Source: Planctomycetota bacterium (GTDB taxonomy: Bacteria; Planctomycetota; PLA2; JAEUHO01). From it: a stretch of 64,000 nucleotides of DNA. The first letter of the stretch is position 1. Every line of letters begins with the position of its first letter. The notes under the pieces are model-generated. The model saw nothing but the letters and a program-made list of their open reading frames with translations. It ran no database searches and was not told the origin of the DNA. The stretch covers positions 1,408,001 through 1,472,000 of the forward strand of contig CBDCTJ010000007.1 of the NCBI GenBank assembly GCA_965222115.1. Direction: 5' to 3'. This document shows positions 29,641-39,237 of the stretch, in pieces. The position numbers and the translations under genes were made by a program.

Positions 29641-31050
29641 ATGAGCAAGCGCTACCCAGAAACGAAAGTCCTCTCGAAGAACTTCGAGCGCGATCAAGCG
29701 TGGACATTGAAGGTTGCCAAAAAGCACGGCGCCTACAAGAGCCTTGAAAAGGCCATGACCACCATGACGCCCGACGAAGTCACGGCCGAGGTGAAGACCA
29801 GTCGTCTTCGCGGACGTGGTGGTGCCGGGTTTCCTACGGGCGTGAAGTGGGGCTTCATTCCCAAGGACAGCGACAAGCCCAAGTACATTGCACTCAATGG
29901 CGACGAGAGTGAGCCGGGCACGTTCAAGGATCGCTACCTAATGGAACTCGATCCGCACCTCGTGTTGGAGGGGTGCTTGATTGCCGCCTACGCCGTAGCG
30001 GCCAGCAAAATTTGGATCTACATTCGCGGCGAGTATCCGCTGTGTATCGCGCGCATGGAACAAGCCATCGAAGAGGCGCGTGAGGCCGGCATCCTTGGCG
30101 ACCACGTGATGGGGCTTGAGTCAAAGAACGGTGCCAAGAAGGGCAAGTTCGCGTGCGACGCCCACGTCCATATCGGCGCCGGGGCTTACATCTGCGGTGA
30201 AGAGACCGCCATGCTCGAATCACTCGAAGGCAAGCGTGGGCATCCCCGTATCAAGCCACCGTTTCCCGCGGTGGAAGGTGCGTTCGCGTGTCCCACGGTG
30301 ATCAACAACGTGGAGACGCTGGCCCACGTTCCGTGGATTATCGAATACGGCGGTGAGGCATTCGCAGCACAGGGCATTGCGCCGGATCCAGACAATCCGC
30401 GCAGTGTGGGTTCGTCGGGCACCAAGTTGATGGGGCTATCGGGCGACATCAAGACGCCGGGTTGCTGGGAGTTTGAGTTCGGGATTACGCTTCGTGAGTT
30501 GATCTACGACTATGGCGAAGGGCCGCGTGACGGTCGCAAGGTCAAGGCCGTGATTCCCGGTGGGTTGTCGATGCCGGTGCTCATGGAGCATGAACTTGAC
30601 GTCAAGATGGGCTTTGACGACTTGCAAAAGGCCGGTAGCGGGCTTGGCACCGCGTGTGCGATTGTGATGGACGATCAGTGCGACATGGTTGAGGCGTGCG
30701 AGAACATTGCGCACTTCTTTGCCGACGAGTCGTGTGGTCAGTGCACACCTTGTCGTGAAGGGTGCCACTGGCTTGAGAAGATTTACCGTCGGTTTAACGC
30801 CGGTGAAGGCACCGTGGCCGACTTGGAATTGCTTGAGAGTTTGTTTTTCAACATCGAGGGCCGCACCATTTGCGCGTTGGCCGATGCCGCGGTATGGCCG
30901 TTGCGTTCGATTCTGCGCAAGTTCCGCGATGAGTTCGTGGCCAAGATGTTGCCGGAAGAGCAGGAAAAAGAGCGCAAGCGCGTTGCCGAGGCCGAGCGTG
31001 TACCTGGGGAGGGTACGGAACAGCTTGCGGCAGCGGGAGGATCGAGCTAA
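29641..31050 (+). CDS. nuoF: NADH-quinone oxidoreductase subunit F
   Basis: LRGRGGAGFPTG, NGDESEPGTFKDR, GAGAYICGEET, ESCGQCTPCREG. Confidence 0.98.
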   Translation: MSKRYPETKVLSKNFERDQAWTLKVAKKHGAYKSLEKAMTTMTPDEVTAEVKTSRLRGRGGAGFPTGVKWGFIPKDSDKPKYIALNGDESEPGTFKDRYLMELDPHLVLEGCLIAAYAVAASKIWIYIRGEYPLCIARMEQAIEEAREAGILGDHVMGLESKNGAKKGKFACDAHVHIGAGAYICGEETAMLESLEGKRGHPRIKPPFPAVEGAFACPTVINNVETLAHVPWIIEYGGEAFAAQGIAPDPDNPRSVGSSGTKLMGLSGDIKTPGCWEFEFGITLRELIYDYGEGPRDGRKVKAVIPGGLSMPVLMEHELDVKMGFDDLQKAGSGLGTACAIVMDDQCDMVEACENIAHFFADESCGQCTPCREGCHWLEKIYRRFNAGEGTVADLELLESLFFNIEGRTICALADAAVWPLRSILRKFRDEFVAKMLPEEQEKERKRVAEAERVPGEGTEQLAAAGGSS

Positions 31051-32592
31051 GTGGCTGAAGCCTCCACCCCCAAGCCGAACACGATCTTCATTGATGGGAC
31101 GGAATATCCCTTCAAACCCGGTCAGACCGTTATCCAGGTGGCCCATGAGAATGGCTACGACGTTCCACACTACTGCTACCACCCGGGATTGAGCATTGCG
31201 GGCAACTGCCGCATTTGCATGGTGGAAGTTGAGGGCCAGGACCGCCCGCAGATCTCATGCAAGATGGGTTGTTGGCCCGGTTTGCGCGTGCGCACCGATA
31301 GCGACCTCGCCAAGGACGCGCGACGCGGCGTGATGGAAATGTTGCTCGTCAACCACCCGCTCGATTGCCCCATTTGCGATCAGGCGGGCGAGTGTCACCT
31401 GCAGGATTACAGCTACGAACACGGCGAGGGCGAGAGCCGCGCATCCACGCCCAAAACGCACCTGCCAAAGAACGTGCCGTTTGGCGAAGGCATCGTTTAC
31501 GACGCCGAGCGCTGCATCAAGTGCACACTATGCGTTCGATTCTGCGAAGAGATTACCGATACGCATGAGTTGGCCATGGCCAACCGCTCCGATCACGAGA
31601 TGGTCGTAATGACCTCGGAGGGTGAGTTCAAATCGGGTTATTCCATGAACATTGTGGACATCTGCCCGGTGGGAGCGTTGACATCGCGCGACTTCAGGTT
31701 CAAGAGCCGCTTGTGGTTTATGGAATTCGTACCCACGGTGTGTACGAGTTGCGCGCGTGGCTGCAGTGTCACCGTGGGCGTTCGTGGTGGAGATATCCTG
31801 CGCAACGAGCCGCGTGAAAATCAGGACATCAACAAGTGGTGGATGTGCGACGCCGGTCGTCTCGACTACCGCCACGCCAATAGCGAGACGCGTCTTTCAT
31901 CTGCCGCGATTCGCAACAAGGATGGTTCGTGGCGTGCGGCCGGCTATGAAGAGGCTATTGTCGAAGCTGCGAAGGTGCTTCGCGACGCTGGCAAGGGCGG
32001 AAACGTATTGCTCGACGGTGGTTGCACCCTCGAAGAGATGTTTATGGGTCGCGCCCTAGCAAATGTGCTCGGTGGATCGGCAACCTTCGCGGCACCCATG
32101 GGCGACGACGCGGATGACTTCCTCGTCGTCAATGACAAGGCCGCCAATGCTGAGGGCGCGCGCGCACTTGGCATTGCGCGGCAAGAAGCGGCGAGCCCAG
32201 CAGCGGTCATCGTGGTTGAGCGCGATCGCAATGTAGGTGAGGCCATGCGAAACGAAAGTGGCGCCTTGGTGGCTTTCGTTACCGACGCCATGCACGTGCC
32301 CGATTCGGTACAGGTCGCGTTCCCGTTTGGTTCCTACGTGGAACGCAGCGGTCACATCGCCAACTGCGATGGCATCGTGCAATCCATGGCCAGTACGTCG
32401 AACGTGGGTCCCGGCAGCCTCCTTGCGGCTCACGAGTTAATGCGCGAGATCGCGAGCGAGCTCGACGACTCGTTTGATGTTATTGACGTCGCCAAGGCGG
32501 TTCGCGAAGACGCGGGTGCCAAGAAGCTCACGTGGCCCGCCGTCACCGATTCCAGTGAGTCCACGCCGGCCCTTGCGGGAGGTCCCGCATGA
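31051..32592 (+). CDS. nuoG: NADH-quinone oxidoreductase subunit G (short form)
   Basis: CYHP..GNCRICMV, HPLDCPICDQAGEC, RCIKCTLC, CPVGAL, CTSCARGC..MCDAGR. 513 aa, with a reduced C-terminal part. Confidence 0.93.
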   Translation: MAEASTPKPNTIFIDGTEYPFKPGQTVIQVAHENGYDVPHYCYHPGLSIAGNCRICMVEVEGQDRPQISCKMGCWPGLRVRTDSDLAKDARRGVMEMLLVNHPLDCPICDQAGECHLQDYSYEHGEGESRASTPKTHLPKNVPFGEGIVYDAERCIKCTLCVRFCEEITDTHELAMANRSDHEMVVMTSEGEFKSGYSMNIVDICPVGALTSRDFRFKSRLWFMEFVPTVCTSCARGCSVTVGVRGGDILRNEPRENQDINKWWMCDAGRLDYRHANSETRLSSAAIRNKDGSWRAAGYEEAIVEAAKVLRDAGKGGNVLLDGGCTLEEMFMGRALANVLGGSATFAAPMGDDADDFLVVNDKAANAEGARALGIARQEAASPAAVIVVERDRNVGEAMRNESGALVAFVTDAMHVPDSVQVAFPFGSYVERSGHIANCDGIVQSMASTSNVGPGSLLAAHELMREIASELDDSFDVIDVAKAVREDAGAKKLTWPAVTDSSESTPALAGGPA

Positions 32593-33881
32593 ACTCGCTC
32601 GTTGCGATGGGGCAGCAGGGCATGGCCTCGTTGGCGTCCCATATACCGCTCGCGTTCTTGGAGATCTTTGCAGCGCCTGAGGATGGCGGTTCCACCACCG
32701 GTTGGGTGATTGGTCGCATTCTCCTGATGCTATTGATCGTGCACATCATGTTGATTATGGCGGCGCTCATGGTGTGGGCGGAACGTCGCGTGAGTGCATG
32801 GATGCAGGATCGCTTGGGTCCAAATCGCGTGGGTCCGCAAGGCCTGCTGCAACCACTGGCCGACCTCGGCAAGTTCATGTTCAAGGAAGACGTGGTTCCC
32901 AACCACGTGCACAAGTTTCTCTACAGCATTGCTCCCACCATTTCGGTGCTTCCCGCGCTCGTCACCTTCGCGGTGATTCCGTTCGGTGGCAGCGTGACGG
33001 ATGGCACATTTCATTCGTGGCAGATTGCCGATCTCAACATCGGTGTGTTGTTCATCCTGTCGATGGCCGGTATCAGCGTGTACGGCATCACGATTGGCGG
33101 TTGGGCTAGCAATTCGAAATACAGCTTGCTCGGTGGGGTGCGCGCGAGTGCGCAGATGATTAGCTATGAGTTGAGCATGGGACTTTCGATCGTGCCTGTG
33201 GTGCTGATTGTGGGTTCACTTAGCCTGGGCGACATTGTGGCCTGGCAGGGTGAGCACACGTGGTTCCTGTTTACGCAGCCCCTGGCGGCATTCATTTTCC
33301 TTGTTGCGGTCTACGCTGAAACGAACCGACTGCCCTTTGACATGCCCGAGTCGGAAACCGAACTCGTGGCGGGCTACCACACTGAGTATTCTTCGATGAA
33401 GTTTGCGTTGTTCTTCATGGCCGAGTATTGCCACATGATTGTGGGCTCTGCATTGATGACTACGCTATTCCTGGGTGGGTGGACGTTCTTCGGTCTTGAG
33501 AAGATTTCGCCCGTCCTTGGCGTCTTGATTTTCTGCATGAAGGCGTTCTTCTTGCTGTTCGTTTTCATCTGGGTGCGCTGGACCCTTCCGCGCTTCCGCT
33601 ACGACCAACTCATGCGCATCGGTTGGGTGTGGCTGATTCCGCTCACGCTCATCAACATCCTGATGACCGCTGGTGCCGAAGCGCTGGACGCCACGTGGGT
33701 GCAGTATGTCGTGCCGGTCGCCGTGCTCGTGGTGGCGCTCATCATTGCGTGGCTTGGGTGGCGCAAGGAAGTTAGCGAGCCACTCCCGCTCGCGTCCGAT
33801 CCCAACGCGCGCGACATCGTGATGCGTCGCAAGATGGGTGGCTACGGCACATCTACCGCGTCACCGGAGGTGCGCTCATGA
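32589..33881 (+). CDS. nuoH: NADH-quinone oxidoreductase subunit H
   Basis: ERR..QDRLGPNRVGP.GLLQP.AD, AETNRLPFDMPE, LPRFRYDQLM. Confidence 0.98.
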   Translation: MNSLVAMGQQGMASLASHIPLAFLEIFAAPEDGGSTTGWVIGRILLMLLIVHIMLIMAALMVWAERRVSAWMQDRLGPNRVGPQGLLQPLADLGKFMFKEDVVPNHVHKFLYSIAPTISVLPALVTFAVIPFGGSVTDGTFHSWQIADLNIGVLFILSMAGISVYGITIGGWASNSKYSLLGGVRASAQMISYELSMGLSIVPVVLIVGSLSLGDIVAWQGEHTWFLFTQPLAAFIFLVAVYAETNRLPFDMPESETELVAGYHTEYSSMKFALFFMAEYCHMIVGSALMTTLFLGGWTFFGLEKISPVLGVLIFCMKAFFLLFVFIWVRWTLPRFRYDQLMRIGWVWLIPLTLINILMTAGAEALDATWVQYVVPVAVLVVALIIAWLGWRKEVSEPLPLASDPNARDIVMRRKMGGYGTSTASPEVRS

Positions 33882-34387
33882 CCGCCACCGTCAAGAAAGT
33901 GCGCCGGACGCGTCAGACGTTTATGGATCGCATTTACCTGCCCGCCATTGTGAAGGGCATGGGAATCACGCTGCGTCGCATGCTCTTCGGCAAGAAGGTC
34001 ACGATGCAGTTCCCCGAAGAGCGCTGGGAAGTTCGCGATGGCTATCGCGGCGCCCCGGTGCTGGTGCAAGACGACGAGCGCCGGCCCAAGTGCGTGGCGT
34101 GTTCGCTATGCGAGTACGTATGCCCACCCAAGGCCATTTCGATCGTTCCCCAGGAGCTCGAATCGGGTAACAACGTGGAACGTGGCCCCGCGGTGTTCAA
34201 CATCAATATGTTGCGCTGCATCTTTTGCGGACTGTGCGAGGAAGCCTGTCCCGAGGAGGCCATCTTCATGTCGAAGGACTTCGCGCTGTGGGGCGCTACA
34301 CGCTCGGAGTTGATTCACGAGAAAGAGACGCTGTACGAACTCGGAGGGGTTCGTCCGGATTCCATCAAGAAGTGGAAGCACAAGTAG
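33878..34387 (+). CDS. nuoI: NADH-quinone oxidoreductase subunit I
   Basis: Two CxxCxxCxxxCP ferredoxin motifs (CVACSLCEYVCP, CIFCGLCEEACP). Confidence 0.97.
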   Translation: MTATVKKVRRTRQTFMDRIYLPAIVKGMGITLRRMLFGKKVTMQFPEERWEVRDGYRGAPVLVQDDERRPKCVACSLCEYVCPPKAISIVPQELESGNNVERGPAVFNINMLRCIFCGLCEEACPEEAIFMSKDFALWGATRSELIHEKETLYELGGVRPDSIKKWKHK

Positions 34388-34481
34388 GTAGGAGGGACAG
34401 ATAACGACGGCTTGGCTGGCATAGACGCCGCCGCGGTATCGGTCCGCAGGTAAGACACCCCCAACAAAGACACCCCAATAC

Positions 34482-35030
34482 ATGACACAAGTCCTTTTCA
34501 TCATTTTCGGACTGCTTGCGATCGTGGCGGCGCTATGCGCGGTGACGCGACGCAATCCCGTGGCATCCGCGATGTGGTTGATCGTCATGTTTTTTGGCAT
34601 GGCGGGCTGCTACGTCGTGCTCGAAGCCTTTTTCGTCGCGGCGGTGCAGGTCTTGGTCTACGCCGGCGCCATTATGGTGCTCTTTTTGTTCGTCATCATG
34701 CTGCTCGATTTGCGCACAGAAGAAATCGAGAAGCGCCACACGCCGCTATTCAAGTTTTTTGGCGTGATGTCTGCCATTCTGTTTGCCACCGTTGCGGTTT
34801 TGGCCATTATCGCAGCCAAGAACGAAGGCGCGTTGGTTGCCACTAACCCGATTCACGCGACCGACAGCGCAGCGCCCAGCACGTTGGCCGAACTGCCACT
34901 GGACGGCAGCGCACACGAAATTGGCCGCGAACTCTTCACGCGCTGGTTGCTTCCGTTTGAGGTCGTGAGCCTGCTCTTGCTCGGAGCCATTCTTGGCGCG
35001 GTCATTCTCACCAAGCGGAGGCTCACGTAG
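34482..35030 (+). CDS. nuoJ: NADH-quinone oxidoreductase subunit J
   Basis: QVLVYAGAIMVLFLFVIMLL, LPFEVVSLLLL. Confidence 0.96.
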   Translation: MTQVLFIIFGLLAIVAALCAVTRRNPVASAMWLIVMFFGMAGCYVVLEAFFVAAVQVLVYAGAIMVLFLFVIMLLDLRTEEIEKRHTPLFKFFGVMSAILFATVAVLAIIAAKNEGALVATNPIHATDSAAPSTLAELPLDGSAHEIGRELFTRWLLPFEVVSLLLLGAILGAVILTKRRLT

Positions 35031-35563
35031 TGTCTTCCGCCATTGTGTCTTCCGCCATTGATCCGACATTCGCAGCCGTGATGGCTACCACGATTCCCAT
35101 GGAATGGGTCGTGGGGCTTGGGCTGGCGCTGTTTGGCGTGGGTCTCTACGGCGTCACGTGTCGCCGCAACATTTTGATCGTGTTGTTGTCGGTCGAGATT
35201 CTGCTAAACGCCGTGAATGTGATCTTTGTTGGCTTCTCCCGCATGCACAACAACTTGAGTGGGCAGGTATTCGTCTTCTTCGCGATGACGGTTGCCGCGG
35301 CCGAAGTTGCCGTGGGACTGGCGATCGTGATTGCGAGTTATCGATTGCGTCGCAGCACCGACATCAATGACGCCGCCGACCTCGCCGAGGTCGATTACGG
35401 GCCCGTACCACCGATCGTCTTGGAAGGTGAGGATCATCACCATGACGATCATGATCACGACAAGGACGTCGGGCACGATGCGGTTGTTCATGATGCCGTG
35501 AATGGCATTGAGATTTCCACCCACGATGTGGCGGGCGTATCCACGTCGGCCGGGGAGGCGTAA
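35030..35563 (+). CDS. nuoK: NADH-quinone oxidoreductase subunit K with His/Asp-rich C-terminal extension
   Basis: RRNILIVLLSVEILLNA and VAAAEVAVGLA, followed by a tail containing EDHHHDDHDHD. Confidence 0.95.
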   Translation: MSSAIVSSAIDPTFAAVMATTIPMEWVVGLGLALFGVGLYGVTCRRNILIVLLSVEILLNAVNVIFVGFSRMHNNLSGQVFVFFAMTVAAAEVAVGLAIVIASYRLRRSTDINDAADLAEVDYGPVPPIVLEGEDHHHDDHDHDKDVGHDAVVHDAVNGIEISTHDVAGVSTSAGEA

Positions 35564-35566
35564 CCG

Positions 35567-37606
35567 GTGGACGCGTTCGTCTCAGCCAATTTCAGTCTCC
35601 CCACCGTGCTCGCCGCGGGCGGTGACACGTCGATCGTGGCCAACGGGTTCTCTGCATGGGCCGCCTGGCTCGTGTTGTTCCTGCCGTTGGCCGTGAGTGC
35701 CATCGTGCTCTGTGTTCCTTCCGTTCGCAAGGCATCGGGCGTTGCCGCCTTTCTTGCCATCGCGAGTGTCCTGGCCGGGTTCCTAATCACGCTGTTCGTC
35801 TACTTCATCCCGTCGCTCAGTGGTGGGCACACCGTGTATGAAGGCATCGTTGATTGGGTCGTGGTCGGCGACGCCAAGATCACCTTCGGAACGCGCTTGG
35901 ATCATCTGTCGCTCATCATGACATTGATCGTTACGGGCATTGGCAGCGCGATTTTCGTTTACGCCCTTGGCTACATGCACGGCGATCCGAGCATGGGTCG
36001 CTTCTACGGAAAGTTCTCGCTCTTTGTCTTTTCGATGCTGGGCATAGTGCTTTCGCCCAACTTCTTTCAGACGTTTGTGTTCTGGGAGTTGGTGGGCGCG
36101 TCGTCGTACTTGCTGATTGGCTACTACTGGAAGAAGCACTCGGCAGGCGAGGCCGCCAAAAAGGCCTTCCTCACCAACCGCGTGGGCGACTTTGGGTTCT
36201 TGCTCGGCATCCTCATGATCTGGGCTGCGGTGGGTAGCGCCGGCGGTGAGCTCGTGAAGGAGTACGGTGCGTTTGATTTCCGCGCCATTCGAGCCGCCGT
36301 AACCGACGGTGACTGGGCCAGTTCATTGTTCGCTACAAGCAACTGGGCGGCCATCGGCGCCATCCTTGTGTTCTGCGGCGCCATGGGCAAGAGCGCGCAA
36401 TTCCCGTTGCATGTGTGGTTGCCCGATGCCATGGAAGGCCCCACGCCCGTGTCGGCGCTCATGCACGCGGCCACCATGGTTGCGGCCGGCATCTACATGA
36501 TCATTCGCTGCTTCTTTGTGATTCAGGGAACAGCGTGGGCGTCGGATGTCATCGCGTGGTTGGGCGGCATTACGGCGTTCTTGGCTGCGTCCATGGCGAT
36601 TGTGCAAAGCGACATCAAAAAGGTGCTCGCGTACTCCACGTTGTCGCAGCTTGGCTACATGACGATGGCGTTGGGCCTGGGCGCTTACACCGCCGCCATG
36701 TTCCACTTGACCACGCACGCGTTCTTCAAAGCGTTACTGTTCCTTTGCGCGGGTAGCGTGATTCACGGCTGCCATCACGAACAAAACATGTTCAAGATGG
36801 GCGGGCTCAAGAAGTTCATGCCCTCCACCCACAAGACGTGGGTCATTGGTACGTTGGCGCTGTGTGGCATCTTCCCGTTGGCCGGTTTCTGGTCAAAGGA
36901 TGAGATCCTCGGTGCCGCGTGGGATAACCAACACGCCATATCCGCAGCAAGCTTGTTGTGGATTGTGGGTACGGCGGTTGCGTTCATGACGGCGTTCTAC
37001 ATGGGACGCGCGTGGTTCCTTACGTTCGCGGGTCAGTACCGTGGTCACCACGAACCCCACGAGAGTCCCAAGGTGATGACCGTGCCGCTGTGGATCTTGG
37101 CGATCTTCAGCATTGGTATTGGCTTTATCGGTATTCCCGGTGCCTCCAACTGGGTGGAGAAGTTCCTCCACGATTGGCACGTGGGTGAGAATGCCGTGTT
37201 CCATATGTCGGTGGCCATCATTTCGTTGATCGTGGCAGGTTTGGGGCTGCTGATGGCAAAGGGCATCTACAGCAAGGTCACCAGCGACAACCCCGACGAC
37301 GATCCGATGAAGGCCAAACTCGGGCCGCTTTGGACGTTGTGGTCAAACCTCTACTACATCGATGACTTCTACCTGTGGCTCGTGCGTTGCGTGCAGCAGG
37401 GTTTCGCCAAGTTGTGTTGGCTCTTCGAGCGCAAGGTGGTGATTGGCGCCGCCGTCAATGGTGCGTCGCGCGCCACGCGCATGGCGGGTGACCAACTTCG
37501 TCGTGTTCAAACCGGTCGGCTGGGTGGCTACGTCACCAGTTTCGTCGTTGGCACTGTACTCATTTTGATCGTGCTTCTGGCACAGATCACCTTGGGCAAG
37601 AAGTAG
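35567..37606 (+). CDS. nuoL: NADH-quinone oxidoreductase subunit L
   Basis: WELVG..SYLLIG, KAFLTNRVGD, GKSAQFPLHVWLPDAMEGPTPVSA, HAFFKALLFL. Confidence 0.98.
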   Translation: MDAFVSANFSLPTVLAAGGDTSIVANGFSAWAAWLVLFLPLAVSAIVLCVPSVRKASGVAAFLAIASVLAGFLITLFVYFIPSLSGGHTVYEGIVDWVVVGDAKITFGTRLDHLSLIMTLIVTGIGSAIFVYALGYMHGDPSMGRFYGKFSLFVFSMLGIVLSPNFFQTFVFWELVGASSYLLIGYYWKKHSAGEAAKKAFLTNRVGDFGFLLGILMIWAAVGSAGGELVKEYGAFDFRAIRAAVTDGDWASSLFATSNWAAIGAILVFCGAMGKSAQFPLHVWLPDAMEGPTPVSALMHAATMVAAGIYMIIRCFFVIQGTAWASDVIAWLGGITAFLAASMAIVQSDIKKVLAYSTLSQLGYMTMALGLGAYTAAMFHLTTHAFFKALLFLCAGSVIHGCHHEQNMFKMGGLKKFMPSTHKTWVIGTLALCGIFPLAGFWSKDEILGAAWDNQHAISAASLLWIVGTAVAFMTAFYMGRAWFLTFAGQYRGHHEPHESPKVMTVPLWILAIFSIGIGFIGIPGASNWVEKFLHDWHVGENAVFHMSVAIISLIVAGLGLLMAKGIYSKVTSDNPDDDPMKAKLGPLWTLWSNLYYIDDFYLWLVRCVQQGFAKLCWLFERKVVIGAAVNGASRATRMAGDQLRRVQTGRLGGYVTSFVVGTVLILIVLLAQITLGKK

Positions 37607-37615
37607 GAGCCCGCG

Positions 37616-39235
37616 ATGAACCCGCTGCTCATCATCCTGCTTGCGCCAGCGATCGCCACGGTGATTCTCTTTATGGTTCCCAAGGAGAATCACAAGGCCA
37701 TTCGTTGGATTGCCACGCTAGCTAGCGCCGTCACGCTCGGTGTGGCGCTTTGGCTCATGTTCGTCTTTGCTGGCGCACCTGATGGAGATGTGGCCAATGC
37801 CGGCACGGATGCGGCCCACGCCTACAAATTCGTATGGCAGAAGACGTGGGTTGCCGATCTGGGTCTCCAATTCAAGCTCGGTGTCGATGGCATCGGCGTG
37901 GCGATGGTGCTGCTCACGGCCTTCATCATTCTCGCGGCGTGCATCGTGAGTTTCACGGTCGAGCACCGCGTCAAAGAGTACTACATCAACCTGATGGCGC
38001 TCGTGACAGGTGTCTTCGGCGTGTTCATTTCGCTCGACCTGTTTTTCTATTACTTCTTTTACGAATTGGCCGTCATCCCCATGTTCTTGCTGATCGGCAT
38101 CTGGGGAAGCACCACCAAGACGGTCGATCAGCAGTACGCCACCATGAAATTGGTGTTGATGCTCAGCACCGGGGCGATTCTTGCGCTCGTGGGTCTGTTG
38201 GCGATCTACATTCAAAGTGCCGATTCGCTGGGGGCCGCCACGTTCGACATGGTGCGGCTCGAAGAAGCTACGTTTAGTACCTCGCTGCAAATGATCTGGT
38301 TCCCGGTCATCTTTATTGGGTTCGCAAGCTTGATTCCCATGTGGCCGTTCCACTCATGGAGTCCGGCCGGTCACGCTGCCGCACCAGCCGCCGTGTCGAT
38401 GCTTCACGCAGGCGTTCTGATGAAGCTCGGGGCGTTCGGTGTGATTCGCGTGGCGCTCACCTACTTCCCCGAAGCCAGCGCAACCTACTTGCCGTGGGTC
38501 GGCTTGATCTGTTGCATGAATATCATTTATGGCGGCTTCGTTGCCATATCGCACCGCGATCTCAAGCTCATTATTGGCTACTCGTCGTCCAGTCATATGG
38601 GTTATGTGTTGCTAGGCTTGGCATCCGTCACCTTGTGGGGCGTTGAGGGCGCCGTGTTCTTGATGTTTGCCCACGGCATTATGACTGCGCTGGCCTTCTC
38701 GTTGATTGGATGGTTCTACGACCAAACGCATACCCGCATGGTGGATGACCTCGGCGGCATGATGCGCGTCATGCCATTTGCCGGAACGTGTTTCGTCATG
38801 GCGTGCATGGCTTCTGCAGGTTTACCGGGCTTTGCCAACTTCGTCAGCGAACTCATGGTCATTGTCGGTGCATGGGAAAGCAAGTCGCTCATCTCCAAGG
38901 TGCCTGCCATTCTGGCGGTGTGGGGGTTGGTCATTACCGGCGTATACCTATTGCGGGCCATCAAAGACGTGTGGTACGTAGACATGCCCGAGCGCTGGGA
39001 GGGTTTGAAAGACGCCACGTCGCCGCTCATGAAGTTCCCCTATGTCATGTTGATGGGTGTGTTGCTCTTCTTTGGCTTCTATCCACAACCCATGATCGAC
39101 ACGATTGATCAGGGCGTGCGCCCGCTGGTTGCGCGTATTCAAGCCCATCAAGATCTCGATGAAAAGACGGCCAATGCGAAGCCGGCCCTCACGAAACCGA
39201 GCGACGCAGCGACGTCGGGTACGGAGGCAAAGTAG
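37616..39235 (+). CDS. nuoM: NADH-quinone oxidoreductase subunit M
   Basis: LGVDG, IPMFLLIGIWG, PMWPFHSW, YSSSSHMG, GLPGFANFVSE. Confidence 0.97.
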   Translation: MNPLLIILLAPAIATVILFMVPKENHKAIRWIATLASAVTLGVALWLMFVFAGAPDGDVANAGTDAAHAYKFVWQKTWVADLGLQFKLGVDGIGVAMVLLTAFIILAACIVSFTVEHRVKEYYINLMALVTGVFGVFISLDLFFYYFFYELAVIPMFLLIGIWGSTTKTVDQQYATMKLVLMLSTGAILALVGLLAIYIQSADSLGAATFDMVRLEEATFSTSLQMIWFPVIFIGFASLIPMWPFHSWSPAGHAAAPAAVSMLHAGVLMKLGAFGVIRVALTYFPEASATYLPWVGLICCMNIIYGGFVAISHRDLKLIIGYSSSSHMGYVLLGLASVTLWGVEGAVFLMFAHGIMTALAFSLIGWFYDQTHTRMVDDLGGMMRVMPFAGTCFVMACMASAGLPGFANFVSELMVIVGAWESKSLISKVPAILAVWGLVITGVYLLRAIKDVWYVDMPERWEGLKDATSPLMKFPYVMLMGVLLFFGFYPQPMIDTIDQGVRPLVARIQAHQDLDEKTANAKPALTKPSDAATSGTEAK

Positions 39236-39237
39236 TC

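Noticed and set aside
31051-32592. nuoG pseudogene or truncation
   Set aside because: The frame is intact, all Fe-S motifs are present and it is coupled to nuoH. Short NuoG forms are known.
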